64,000 nt of DNA, from assembly GCA_963782055.1 (NCBI GenBank), contig CAWAIF010000002.1, forward strand, positions 160,001 to 224,000, read 5' to 3'. Below are positions 1 to 9,261 of this stretch, piece after piece (position 1 is the stretch's first letter; the number at the start of each line of letters is the position of its first letter). Made by a program: the position numbers and the translations under genes. The notes beneath the pieces were generated by a model, which saw only the letters and a list, made by a program, of their open reading frames with translations, searched no databases and had not been told where the DNA came from. This DNA is from an uncultured delta proteobacterium (lineage in GTDB: Bacteria > Myxococcota_A > Polyangia > Polyangiales > Polyangiaceae).

Positions 1-768
1 ACGCTGGATTGCCCCAACTGCGGCGCCCCGCTGGCGTCGCTCCGCGGGGACGTGTGCAGCTATTGCCACCAGCAGGTCGGGATGGGGCGCTTCGACTGGT
101 CGGTGACGACCGTCGCGCGGATGAAGACCGAGACACGCCCGCCGCTCATGACGAGCGACGTGGCGGAGGAGGGCACCAACCTGCCCACCGTGCGGTCTCC
201 GGGCGTGGACCAGCGTCTCGCGGCCATCTCGCAGAAGGACCCGACCTTCGCCTACAACACGCTGCTGCAGCGGGTGAACCTCATCTTCCAAGAGATGCAG
301 GCGGGGTGGTCCAACCGCGACCTCTCGCGCTCGCGGCCGTTCCTCAGCGACAACCTCTTCCAGTCGCAGATGTACTGGATCGATCTGTACACGCAGAACC
401 GCGCGCGCAACGTCACCGAGAAAGCGCGCATCACGCACGTCGACCTCGCCGAGGTCGCCGGCGACGCACACTTCGATTCGATCACCCTGCGCATCTTCGC
501 CACGGGCCTGGACTACACCATCACCGACGAGGGCAAGGTCCTCTCCGGCAGCCGCCACCGCGAACGCCCCTACAGCGAGTACTGGACGCTCATCCGCGGC
601 GCCGCGCGCAAGGGCCCGACGCACACCGCCCCCGAGTGCTCCAACTGCGGCGCCCCGCTGAAGGTGAACATGGCGGGGAGCTGCGAGTACTGCAAGGTGA
701 AGGTCACCAGCGGGGACTTCGACTGGGTGCTCTCCCGCATCGAGCAGGACGACAGCTACACCGGGTGA
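1..768 (+). CDS. Tim44-like domain protein with CxxC zinc ribbons (5' truncated by window edge)
   Basis: Frame is open from base 1 (TLDCPNCGAPL...CSYC). A Tim44-like region (YSEYWTLIR) is followed by a second CSNCGAP...CEYC ribbon and DWVLSRIEQ. Confidence 0.7.
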   Translation, partial: TLDCPNCGAPLASLRGDVCSYCHQQVGMGRFDWSVTTVARMKTETRPPLMTSDVAEEGTNLPTVRSPGVDQRLAAISQKDPTFAYNTLLQRVNLIFQEMQAGWSNRDLSRSRPFLSDNLFQSQMYWIDLYTQNRARNVTEKARITHVDLAEVAGDAHFDSITLRIFATGLDYTITDEGKVLSGSRHRERPYSEYWTLIRGAARKGPTHTAPECSNCGAPLKVNMAGSCEYCKVKVTSGDFDWVLSRIEQDDSYTG

Positions 769-816
769 AAACGCGGGGACTTGGGGGCCGCCGAGCTTCG
801 TGTCATAACCCCCGGG

Positions 817-2217
817 ATGCGAGTGCCTGCGCACGTGTTCCGCGAATACGACGTCCGGGGGGTCGCCGACAGGGACCTCGACGACGAGCTCGTCCATGCC
901 CTGGGCCTGGGTATCGGCACCATCCTCTCCGGCGGGTCGCGCCTGCGTATCGCGCTGGGCCGCGACTGCCGCGTCTCCAGCGAGCGCCTCTACCGCGCGC
1001 TGGTGCAGGGGCTGGTGTCCGCCGGCGTCCACGTCATCGACGTCGGAGTGGGGCCGACCCCGCTGCTCTACTTCGCCGTCCACCACCTCGACGCCGACGG
1101 CGGCGTGATGATCACCGGAAGCCACAACCCGGCCGAGGACAACGGCTTCAAGATCATGCGCGGCCGCGCCAGCTTCTTCGGCAAGGACATCCAGGAGCTG
1201 CGGCGCATCATCGAGAACGAGGAGCTGGTGCGCACGCCCGGCGGGAAGGTGGAGGCGATCGACGTCTCCGACGACTACGTGCAGGCCACGACGAAGGACA
1301 TCGTCCGGCCCACGCTGCCGCTGCCGGTGGTCGTCGACGCGGGTAACGGCTCCGGCGGCCCGCTCGCGCTGCGGTGCCTGCGCGCCATCGGCGTGGAGCC
1401 GGTGGAGTCGCTCTACTGCGACATGGACGGCCTCTTCCCGAACCACCACCCCGACCCGACCGTCCCCAAGAACCTGGAGCAGCTCATCGCCCGGGTCGCT
1501 GCGACGGGCGCGCGCGTGGGCATCGCCTACGACGGCGACGCCGATCGCCTGGGCGCCATCGACCAGAACGGCGACATCGTCTGGGGCGACAAGCTGATGA
1601 TCCTCTTCTCCCGCGCGGTGCTCGCGAAGAACCCCGGCGCGGCGATCCTCGGCGAGGTGAAGTGCTCGCAGACGCTCTACGACGACATCGCGAGCCACGG
1701 CGGTCGTCCCATCCTGTGGAAGACCGGCCACTCCCTCATCAAGGCCAAGATGAAGGAGGAGCACGCGCTGCTCGCCGGCGAGATGAGCGGCCACCTCTTC
1801 TTCGCCGACCGGTACTTCGGCTACGACGACGCCATCTACGGGTCGCTGCGGCTGCTGGAGATCCTCGGCTCGGACCCGCGCAGCCTGGGGGAGATGCTCG
1901 CCGACGTGCCGCGCACCTTCACGACGCCGGAGATCCGCGTCGACTGCCCGGACGACCTGAAGTTCGACCTGGTGAAGGCGGTCACCCGCCGCTTCGAGTC
2001 CGGCGGATTGCCCGTGGTGAAGGTGGACGGCGCGCGCGTTTCCTTCCCCTCCGGCGGCTCGGCGCCCTCGTGGGGTCTGGTCCGCGCCTCCAACACCGGC
2101 CCGGTGCTGGTGATGCGCTTCGAGGCGGGCTCGGAGGAAGAGCTCGCGCGCATCCGCAAGGAGATGGAGACGGCGGTCGACGAGGAGCGGTCTCGCCTCG
2201 TCACGGGAGCCGCGTGA
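817..2217 (+). CDS. algC: Phosphomannomutase/phosphoglucomutase (AlgC-type)
   Basis: FREYDVRG start, TGSHNP phosphoserine loop, DGDADR metal loop, GEMSGH, RASNT. ATG 817 preferred over TTG 781. Confidence 0.93.
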   Translation: MRVPAHVFREYDVRGVADRDLDDELVHALGLGIGTILSGGSRLRIALGRDCRVSSERLYRALVQGLVSAGVHVIDVGVGPTPLLYFAVHHLDADGGVMITGSHNPAEDNGFKIMRGRASFFGKDIQELRRIIENEELVRTPGGKVEAIDVSDDYVQATTKDIVRPTLPLPVVVDAGNGSGGPLALRCLRAIGVEPVESLYCDMDGLFPNHHPDPTVPKNLEQLIARVAATGARVGIAYDGDADRLGAIDQNGDIVWGDKLMILFSRAVLAKNPGAAILGEVKCSQTLYDDIASHGGRPILWKTGHSLIKAKMKEEHALLAGEMSGHLFFADRYFGYDDAIYGSLRLLEILGSDPRSLGEMLADVPRTFTTPEIRVDCPDDLKFDLVKAVTRRFESGGLPVVKVDGARVSFPSGGSAPSWGLVRASNTGPVLVMRFEAGSEEELARIRKEMETAVDEERSRLVTGAA

Positions 2218-3086
2218 CCCAGAGCGAGCGGACCGAGCCGTGGACGATCGCCGCCGTGCTCCGCTGGGCGGCCGATGACTTTCGCTCGCGCGGGATCGAC
2301 AACCCGCGCCTGGACGCCGAGGTCCTGCTCGCCCACGCCCTGTCCGTCTCGCGCACGCAGCTCGTCATCGACGGCCCCAAGCCGCTCGCGGCGGAGGAGC
2401 TCGGCCGCTTCCGCGAGCTGGTGAAGCGCCGCCGGTCGCGCGAGCCGGTGGCGTACCTGCGGGGGGAGCGCGAGTTCTACGGGCGGCGCTTCGCGGTGGA
2501 CTCGCGCGTGCTCATCCCGCGGCCGGACACCGAGGCGCTCGTCACCGTCGGGCTGGAGCGCACGCGGCACCTGTCCCTCTGCGCGCGGACGGCCGACCTC
2601 TGCACCGGGAGCGGGTGCGTCGGCGTCACGCTGGCGCGGGAGCGCCCCACGACGAAGGTCACCCTCGCCGACGTGAGCCCCGACGCGCTGGCGCTCGCCC
2701 GGCACAACGCCGCGCGCCTCGGCGCGTACAACGTGGCGTTTGCGCTGGCGGACGTCTTCGGGGAGCTCGCCGGGCCGTTCGACCTGGTCACCGCCAACCC
2801 GCCTTACATCCCGGCCGCCGAGGTGCCCGGCCTCTCGCCCGACATCGTGCGCTTCGAGCCGCGCCTCGCGCTGGATGGCGGGCCGGCGGGGCTGGACGTC
2901 ACCGCACGCATCGTCGCCGACGCGCCCGCGCGCCTGGCGCCCGGCGGCGTGCTCGCGATGGAGGTGGGCGCCGGGCAGGCGGACGCCGTGGCCGCCCTCC
3001 TCGGCGAGCGCGGCTTCGCCGATGTCGTCCGCACGCGCGACTACGCCCGCATCGAGCGGGTCGTCTCCGGCGTGTGGAGAGGCTGA
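2214..3086 (+). CDS. prmC: Release factor glutamine methyltransferase
   Basis: RLDAEVLL, EPVAY, VLIPRPDTE, DLCTGSG, NPPY, EPRLALDGG. GTG overlaps the upstream TGA (GTGA). Confidence 0.93.
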   Translation: MTQSERTEPWTIAAVLRWAADDFRSRGIDNPRLDAEVLLAHALSVSRTQLVIDGPKPLAAEELGRFRELVKRRRSREPVAYLRGEREFYGRRFAVDSRVLIPRPDTEALVTVGLERTRHLSLCARTADLCTGSGCVGVTLARERPTTKVTLADVSPDALALARHNAARLGAYNVAFALADVFGELAGPFDLVTANPPYIPAAEVPGLSPDIVRFEPRLALDGGPAGLDVTARIVADAPARLAPGGVLAMEVGAGQADAVAALLGERGFADVVRTRDYARIERVVSGVWRG

Positions 3087-3093
3087 GCTGGTG

Positions 3094-4329
3094 ATGCGTC
3101 TGACGGGCTTCCTCGTCTTCCTCACCGGCGCGTCGGCGCTGGTCCACGCCATGCTCTACGTCTGGGCGGTGGACGCGTTTCCGTGGGTGCGCGCGCGCAA
3201 GCGCCTCCTGCGTCGCGTGCTCTATGGAGTGGTGGCCGTGCTCCCGGCGGTGCGGGCGGTCACGCTGGTGTCGCAGTCCTCGGTGGCGGGCGCCGCCCTG
3301 GCGTTGCTCACCACCGAGCTGGTCGTGGTCTTCTTCGCGTCCCTCCCGATGATCGCGGTGCGCGGCGCGTCGCGCGCCATCTTCCGCGACAGGTCGGGCA
3401 AGCTGGGGCGGGCCGCGCCTGCCGCGCCCGCTGCCCCCGGGGCGCAGCTCGCGGACGAGCGCGCCACCCCCCCTGCGCACGTCACCCGCCGGCAGCTCCT
3501 CGAGGGAGGCGGCGGGATCCTCGCGCTCGGCACGACGGGCGCCGTCATGGGGTGGGGTGCCCTGCGAGGTCGCTACGAGTTCGGCATCCAGGAGGTGCCG
3601 GTCCGCATCCCGGGACTTCCCCGCGCGCTGGACGGGTACACCATCGGCCAGGTGTCCGACCTGCACGTCGGCACCTTCCTCTCCGAGCACGCGCTCCGCC
3701 AGGGCCTCGGCGAGCTGGCCCGCGTGAAGGCGGACATGGTGGTCGTCACCGGCGACATGGTGGACTTCGACCCGCGCTACATCCCGGCGATGGTGCGGGC
3801 GCTGGGTGGCATCCGTGCGCGTGATGGCGTCTACTCCATCCTGGGCAACCACGACTACTACACCGGCGCGGCCGCGGTGACCGCTGCGCTCCGGCAGGGT
3901 GGCGTCGACGTGCTCGTCAACCAGGGGCGGCTGGTGCGGCCCAAAGACGGCGGCGGCTTCGCGCTCCTGGGGGTCGACGACCTCTGGGGTGCGCACACCG
4001 GCGGCCCCGGCCCGCGGCTGGATCGCGCGCTCTCCGCGGTGCCGGAGGACCGGCCGCGCGTCCTGCTCTCCCACCAGCCGCGGTCGGTGGACCTGTGGGC
4101 GGGGCGCGTGGCGCTGCAGCTCAGCGGACACACCCACGGCGGGCAGATCAACCCCGGCTTCCGCCCTGCCGACATGCTCATGAAGTACGTCGCCGGTCGC
4201 TACGACGTGCCGAGCCTCGGCGCCTCCTCCACCACGCTGTACGTCAACCGCGGCTTCGGCGTGGCGGGCCCGCCGGTGCGCGTCGGCGCCCCGCCGGAGA
4301 TCACCAAGATCATCCTCGTCGCGGCCTGA
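3094..4329 (+). CDS. Membrane-anchored metallophosphoesterase (YkuE-like)
   Basis: N-terminal TM helices, then SDLH, TGD, GNHD, LSH and SGHTHGGQ calcineurin-like motifs. Confidence 0.88.
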   Translation: MRLTGFLVFLTGASALVHAMLYVWAVDAFPWVRARKRLLRRVLYGVVAVLPAVRAVTLVSQSSVAGAALALLTTELVVVFFASLPMIAVRGASRAIFRDRSGKLGRAAPAAPAAPGAQLADERATPPAHVTRRQLLEGGGGILALGTTGAVMGWGALRGRYEFGIQEVPVRIPGLPRALDGYTIGQVSDLHVGTFLSEHALRQGLGELARVKADMVVVTGDMVDFDPRYIPAMVRALGGIRARDGVYSILGNHDYYTGAAAVTAALRQGGVDVLVNQGRLVRPKDGGGFALLGVDDLWGAHTGGPGPRLDRALSAVPEDRPRVLLSHQPRSVDLWAGRVALQLSGHTHGGQINPGFRPADMLMKYVAGRYDVPSLGASSTTLYVNRGFGVAGPPVRVGAPPEITKIILVAA

Positions 4330-4347
4330 CGCTGCTACGTTGCAACC

Positions 4348-5547
4348 GTGGCGTGCGTCCGGACTCGCGGTCTAGGAGGGCGAAGGCTCGCGGGCGCGGC
4401 GCTGCTCCTCGCGCTCGCCGCGGCGTGCGGGTGGGCCCGGCCCGCTGCGGCGGACGACTCTGCGGGCGAGGACGCGCTGGCGCGCGCGCGCTTCCTGGAT
4501 CAGCAGGGCGTGCGCGCCTACGCCGAGGGCCGCTACCTGGACGCGGCGACCCTCTTCCGCGAGGCGTATCGCTCCGGGGGCCCGCCGAGCGAGCTGTGGA
4601 ACATCGCCAAGTGCCACCTGAAGATGGACGACGGTCGCGGCGCGGAGGCCAACCTGCGGGAGTACCTGGCGCAGGACGGTCTGAGCGCCGGCGACAGGGC
4701 CGAGGGCGAGCGCATGCTGGCCGAGGTGGAGAGTCGCCCGTCCACCTTCGTCGTCGCCTCCGACCCCGACGGGGCGACCGTCTACGTCGACGGCACGCCC
4801 GTCGGCACGACGCCGCTCACCACCACCATCGCCTCCGGCGACCACGACGTGCGCGTGGCGCGCGCGGACGCGCCGCCCCACGACGACCACGTCCGCGCGC
4901 GCGACGGCGCGCCGGTGGTGCTGAGCGTCCCGCTGCGAGGCGGCGGCCCCGACCGCGGCGAGCCCCGGCGCGGCCCGCGTCGCTTCTCGGTGCAGCTCGG
5001 CCTGGGGCCGAACATCGGCGTGCACGGCGCCGACGGCCCGCACCTCTTCGTCGTCGGCTCGCTCGCCGTCGGCTACTCCTTCTGGGTCAGCCGCTCCGCC
5101 CTCCTCGGCGTGGCGCTGCGTGCGGCGCTGACGGGCGACCAGTGGACCACCACCCCGGGCGTGCCCAACACCACCGCCGGGTGCACCCCCCCCGCCGACT
5201 TCGCCGGCGCGGAGGTGGAGCTCACGCCCGTGCTCTACGGCGCGGTGCGCGTCGGCCGCGTCTCGGTGGGCGCCAAGCTGGGCGTGGGCGCGTCGCTCTA
5301 CTCCACCGGCACACCCATCGGAGGCGACCTCTTCTATCCCGCGTGCGACGCCTCGCCTGGTCCGGTGGTGGACGTCTACGGCGGCCTGGAGATCTCCCTC
5401 CCTGTGACGCCGGCGTTCCGCGTGGTGGTCGCCCCGCTCGAGGTGGACGGCCACGCCGCGTTCGACGGCGCGCGCACCACGCCGCTGGACGTGACCGGCC
5501 CGTGGCTGCGCTTCGCCAGCACCATCGGCGCGGCCGTCGACTTTTGA
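4348..5547 (+). CDS. Secreted TPR + PEGA domain protein with C-terminal beta-rich region
   Basis: Signal peptide, TPR-like helices, PEGA motif SDPDGATVYVDG..GTTP, and C-terminal Phe. Confidence 0.75.
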   Translation: MACVRTRGLGGRRLAGAALLLALAAACGWARPAAADDSAGEDALARARFLDQQGVRAYAEGRYLDAATLFREAYRSGGPPSELWNIAKCHLKMDDGRGAEANLREYLAQDGLSAGDRAEGERMLAEVESRPSTFVVASDPDGATVYVDGTPVGTTPLTTTIASGDHDVRVARADAPPHDDHVRARDGAPVVLSVPLRGGGPDRGEPRRGPRRFSVQLGLGPNIGVHGADGPHLFVVGSLAVGYSFWVSRSALLGVALRAALTGDQWTTTPGVPNTTAGCTPPADFAGAEVELTPVLYGAVRVGRVSVGAKLGVGASLYSTGTPIGGDLFYPACDASPGPVVDVYGGLEISLPVTPAFRVVVAPLEVDGHAAFDGARTTPLDVTGPWLRFASTIGAAVDF

Positions 5548-5620
5548 GCCGGCGCCCCCGGTTTGGCCGTAGAGTACCGGCCCGCCGGCCGCATTTCGGA
5601 CCGGACGCAGCAGGTCGCTC

Positions 5621-6280
5621 GTGATCGCCACGCTCTTCGATTTCAACGGCGTCCTCGTCGACGACGAGCTCGTCCACATGGAGGCGTTCCGCGAGGTGCT
5701 CGCCCCTCGCGGGGTGGTCCTGGAGGAGGCGCAGTACGTGGAGCGCTATCTCGGCTTCGACGACGCCGGCGCCTTCCGCGCCATCCTGACCGACCGCGGG
5801 ATGCCCGCCACCGACGCCGAGATCGCCGCGCTCATCGAGGCGAAGAAGCCGGTCTACATGCGCCGGATCGAGGGCTCGCTGCGCGTCTTCCCCGGCGCGA
5901 GGGAGATCGTCGCGCGCCGCGCCGCGCGCGGGACGGTGGGGATCGTCTCCGGCGCCCTCCGCCACGAGATCGAGCACTGCCTCGGGATCATGGGCGTGCG
6001 CGAGCACGTGGCCTTCATCGTCTCCGCGGAGGACACCACCGCCTGCAAGCCGGATCCGCAGGGCTACCTCCTGGGCGTCGCGCGGCTGCCCGCCGGCGCG
6101 CGGGCGGTCGCGGTGGAGGACTCCCTCGCCGGCGTGCGCGCGGCCAGGGCCGCCGGCCTGCGGTGCGCGGCGGTCACGCACGCCTACCCGGCCGGGCGGC
6201 TGCGCGACGCCGGCGCGTTCGTCGCGGTCGCCACCCTCGTGGATCTGGACGACGCGAAGCTGGACGGGGGAGACGCTTGA
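5621..6280 (+). CDS. HAD-family phosphatase
   Basis: FDFNGVLVD motif I, VSG, KPDP and VEDS motifs. Confidence 0.88.
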   Translation: MIATLFDFNGVLVDDELVHMEAFREVLAPRGVVLEEAQYVERYLGFDDAGAFRAILTDRGMPATDAEIAALIEAKKPVYMRRIEGSLRVFPGAREIVARRAARGTVGIVSGALRHEIEHCLGIMGVREHVAFIVSAEDTTACKPDPQGYLLGVARLPAGARAVAVEDSLAGVRAARAAGLRCAAVTHAYPAGRLRDAGAFVAVATLVDLDDAKLDGGDA

Positions 6281-7407
6281 TAGGTCAATGGATCGCCGGC
6301 GGCTTCCTCGCCGCGCTCGCCGCCACCGGCCCCATGCCCGGCGCCGACGGCTGGCGCGCGGCCGGGCTGGATGCGATCCGCGGCGTCACCATCGGCCCCA
6401 TCGAGAACGGCTACCACCCCGGAAAGGGCTACGGCACCGCGGCGTACGATCGCTCCCTCCAGGAGTGCCGGGCGCTCGGCGCCACGTGGGTGGCGATCAC
6501 CCCCTTCGGCCGCGTCAACGATCTCTCGGGCACCGGCGTGGACCTCACCTTCGAGGCGCCCTTCGAGAAGAACCGCGAGGACGTGGCGCGCGCCATCCGC
6601 ATGGCGCACGCGCGCGGCCTGCACGTGATGCTGGTGCCGCACCTCTGGGTGGAGTCCGGCGAGTGGCGCGCGCTCATCGACCCCAAGACCGACGAGGGCT
6701 GGTCGCGATGGACGCGGAGCTACGGCGACTTCGTGCTCACCTGGGCGCGCGTCGCCGAGCAGGAGCACGCCGAGATGTTCAGCGCCGGCGTGGAGCTGCG
6801 AAGCTGGGTGACGAGCGGCCACGCGACCAGCTTCCTGGATCTCATCGACGCGGTGCGCCGCAGCTACCACGGCCTGCTGACCTACTCCGCCAACTGGGAC
6901 GACGTGGACCAGACGATCATCCTGGGCGCGCTGGACGTCATCGGGATCAACGCCTTCTATCCGCTCGCGGACCGCCCCGGCGCGACGGAGGAGGAGCTCT
7001 CCCTGGGCGGCGAGAAGGTACGGGCGAAGGTGCACGACCTGGCGGAGACGTGGCGCAAGCCGGTGCTCTTCACCGAGATCGGCTACACCACGCGCCCCGA
7101 CCCGGCGGTGAAGCCGTGGGAGTGGCCGGACGCGATGAAGGGCGTGCGCGTCGACGAGGTGGCGCAGGCGCAGGCGTATCGCGCGCTGGTGCGCCCGCTG
7201 CTGGGGGAGCCGGACTTCATGGGCTTCTTCGTGTGGCGCGTCTACAGCGACCCGGACGACGTCTCGCAGGAGGCGGAGTGGGGCTTCTCCCCGCGGGGGA
7301 AGCTGGCGGAGCAGGTGGTGCGCGACGCGTTCGCGGCGCGGTGGTCGGGGGACGGCGAGCGGTGGACGGGCTGGCCGATGCGCGCGCTCGTGCCCTGGCC
7401 CCCCTGA
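6277..7407 (+). CDS. Glycoside hydrolase, GH113-like TIM barrel
   Basis: GVEL, LTYSANWD, IGINAFYPL and KPVLFTEIGY motifs. TTG start overlaps the HAD stop; start position uncertain. Confidence 0.75.
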   Translation: MIGQWIAGGFLAALAATGPMPGADGWRAAGLDAIRGVTIGPIENGYHPGKGYGTAAYDRSLQECRALGATWVAITPFGRVNDLSGTGVDLTFEAPFEKNREDVARAIRMAHARGLHVMLVPHLWVESGEWRALIDPKTDEGWSRWTRSYGDFVLTWARVAEQEHAEMFSAGVELRSWVTSGHATSFLDLIDAVRRSYHGLLTYSANWDDVDQTIILGALDVIGINAFYPLADRPGATEEELSLGGEKVRAKVHDLAETWRKPVLFTEIGYTTRPDPAVKPWEWPDAMKGVRVDEVAQAQAYRALVRPLLGEPDFMGFFVWRVYSDPDDVSQEAEWGFSPRGKLAEQVVRDAFAARWSGDGERWTGWPMRALVPWPP

Positions 7408-7452
7408 CGCGGCCTGCGGACCCCGCGCCCGTGAGCGCGCGCCCGCCCGAAC

Positions 7453-8490
7453 TTGGCCCGCCTCCGCGGCCTTCCATACAATCTCCCCGTGCGGATCGTG
7501 CGTACTCTCGCGGTGTTTCTCGCCTCCTCGCTCCTCGGCTCCTTCGCCGGGGCGAGCGTGCCGCGCGTGCGTCTCATGCATCCGGTGAAGCTCCCGCCCA
7601 CCGCGGTGCCGCCGCTGGACTCGCCACCCGCCATCGACTCCAGCCTCATCCCCGACCCCGACCCTTACCCGCGCCTCAACCCCACGTGCGACCGCGATCG
7701 CGCCTGGCTCCTCGCCGAGGGGCCGGCCCCGGTGCCCGGCGACGGCCGTCGCTACGTCACCCTCACCTTCGACGACGGGCCCTTCCCGGAGACGACGCCG
7801 GTGGTGCTCGACCTGCTCGCCCGCCACCACGTCACGGCCAACTTCTTCTTCATCGGCAAGTATCTGGTCGGCGACTCCGCGCGCGCCATCGCCTCGCGCG
7901 CGACCGCCCGCGCGGTCGCGGAGGCCGGTCACGTCATCGGCAGCCACACCGAGCACCACGCGCTGCTCACGGTGATGGACGACGACGCCATGCACGCGGA
8001 GATCGACACCGGCCTGGACGCGGTGCAGCGCGCGACCGGCTTGCGCCCGCACTTCTTCCGTCCGCCCTACGGCCGCCTGGACTCCCGCGGGGAGGACGCC
8101 CTCTGCGCGCGCCACCTGGAGCTGGTGCTCTGGAGCGTGGAGGCGGAGGACATGGAGCAGGACGACGTGGGCGCCATGGTCGACCGCCTGGAGACGGAGA
8201 TCGACTTCAACGGCGGCGGCACCGTCCTCTTGCACGACGTCCGCTGGAGCTCGGTGCACGTGCTCGAGCGCCTGCTCACCTGGCTGGACCAGCACGCCTG
8301 GAACCCGGCGCGCCCCGCGGACGTCGGCTATGTCATGGTCGATCTCCCCGACTACCTGCGCGTCACGTCCAGCCACCCGCAGCCCTACGCCGACCGCAAG
8401 GATCTGGAGGATGCGCGCGCCGCCGCCTGGCGCGCCGAGCACCCCAGGGCCGCTGCCCCCAAGCCTGCGGCCCAGGAAGCCGCCCAGTAG
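7453..8490 (+). CDS. Polysaccharide deacetylase (CE4/NodB)
   Basis: LTFDDGP, SHTEHH, FRPPYG, LWSV and VLLHD motifs. True start may be GTG 7489. Confidence 0.88.
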   Translation: MARLRGLPYNLPVRIVRTLAVFLASSLLGSFAGASVPRVRLMHPVKLPPTAVPPLDSPPAIDSSLIPDPDPYPRLNPTCDRDRAWLLAEGPAPVPGDGRRYVTLTFDDGPFPETTPVVLDLLARHHVTANFFFIGKYLVGDSARAIASRATARAVAEAGHVIGSHTEHHALLTVMDDDAMHAEIDTGLDAVQRATGLRPHFFRPPYGRLDSRGEDALCARHLELVLWSVEAEDMEQDDVGAMVDRLETEIDFNGGGTVLLHDVRWSSVHVLERLLTWLDQHAWNPARPADVGYVMVDLPDYLRVTSSHPQPYADRKDLEDARAAAWRAEHPRAAAPKPAAQEAAQ

Positions 8491-8527
8491 CGCCGCTTCA
8501 CACCCGCGAGAGGGCCGGGGGGTGAGG

Positions 8528-9211
8528 TCAGCCCGTCGGGCTCTCGCACAGGCGCGCGGCCGGGCCTGTCGTCTCGCCGTCCTTGATCTGCACCGGGCAA
8601 TAGCCGCCCTTGCGGATGTCGTCGATGAGCTCCACCACCGCGCTGTTGGACCACTCCCGCGCCCCGTCGAAGCGCGCGCGGATGATGCCGCGCTTGTCGA
8701 TGATCCACGTCTCGGGGAACAGGTGCGTGCCGAACTTGCCCATCACGACGTTGTCGCCGTCCGGGTCGAAGAGGATCGGGAAGGGGGGCTTCTGCCCGTT
8801 GAGGACCGTCTTGAGGGTGTCGGTCACTTCATCCGGGCCCTGATCGATCGAGATCGCGACGACGGCGGTGTCCGTCCGGTCCTTCAGGATGCGCGCGAGG
8901 TCGGCGATCTCCGGCATCTCCTCGAGGCAGGGGCCGCAGGTGCGCGTCCAGAAGTTGAGCACCACCACCTTGCCGCGGTAGCTGGACAGAGAGACCGACT
9001 TGCCCGTCATGTCCTTGAGGGAGAAGTCGGGCGCCCGGCGGTTGGCGCCGGCGTAGTTGGGGTGCAGCAGGCAGAGCGCCGAGCAGCGCCGCCGCGACTC
9101 GCCCTCGCGGGCGACGGACACGAAGCTGTAGACGAGCACTGCTGCGGCGATGACGAACGCCACGTACGCGGCGAGAGGAGCGGCGCCCTTGCTCGGCTCG
9201 GGAGTGGCCAT
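8528..9211 (-). CDS. TlpA/ResA-family thiol-disulfide oxidoreductase
   Basis: N-terminal TM, APDFSL, LNFWTRTCGPC (CxxC), FPET cis-Pro loop. Confidence 0.88.
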   Translation of the reverse strand: MATPEPSKGAAPLAAYVAFVIAAAVLVYSFVSVAREGESRRRCSALCLLHPNYAGANRRAPDFSLKDMTGKSVSLSSYRGKVVVLNFWTRTCGPCLEEMPEIADLARILKDRTDTAVVAISIDQGPDEVTDTLKTVLNGQKPPFPILFDPDGDNVVMGKFGTHLFPETWIIDKRGIIRARFDGAREWSNSAVVELIDDIRKGGYCPVQIKDGETTGPAARLCESPTG

Positions 9212-9261
9212 CGGTGCTCCTCTGTATAGTCGCCCGGCGGCGCGCTGTCACACCGGCTCGC

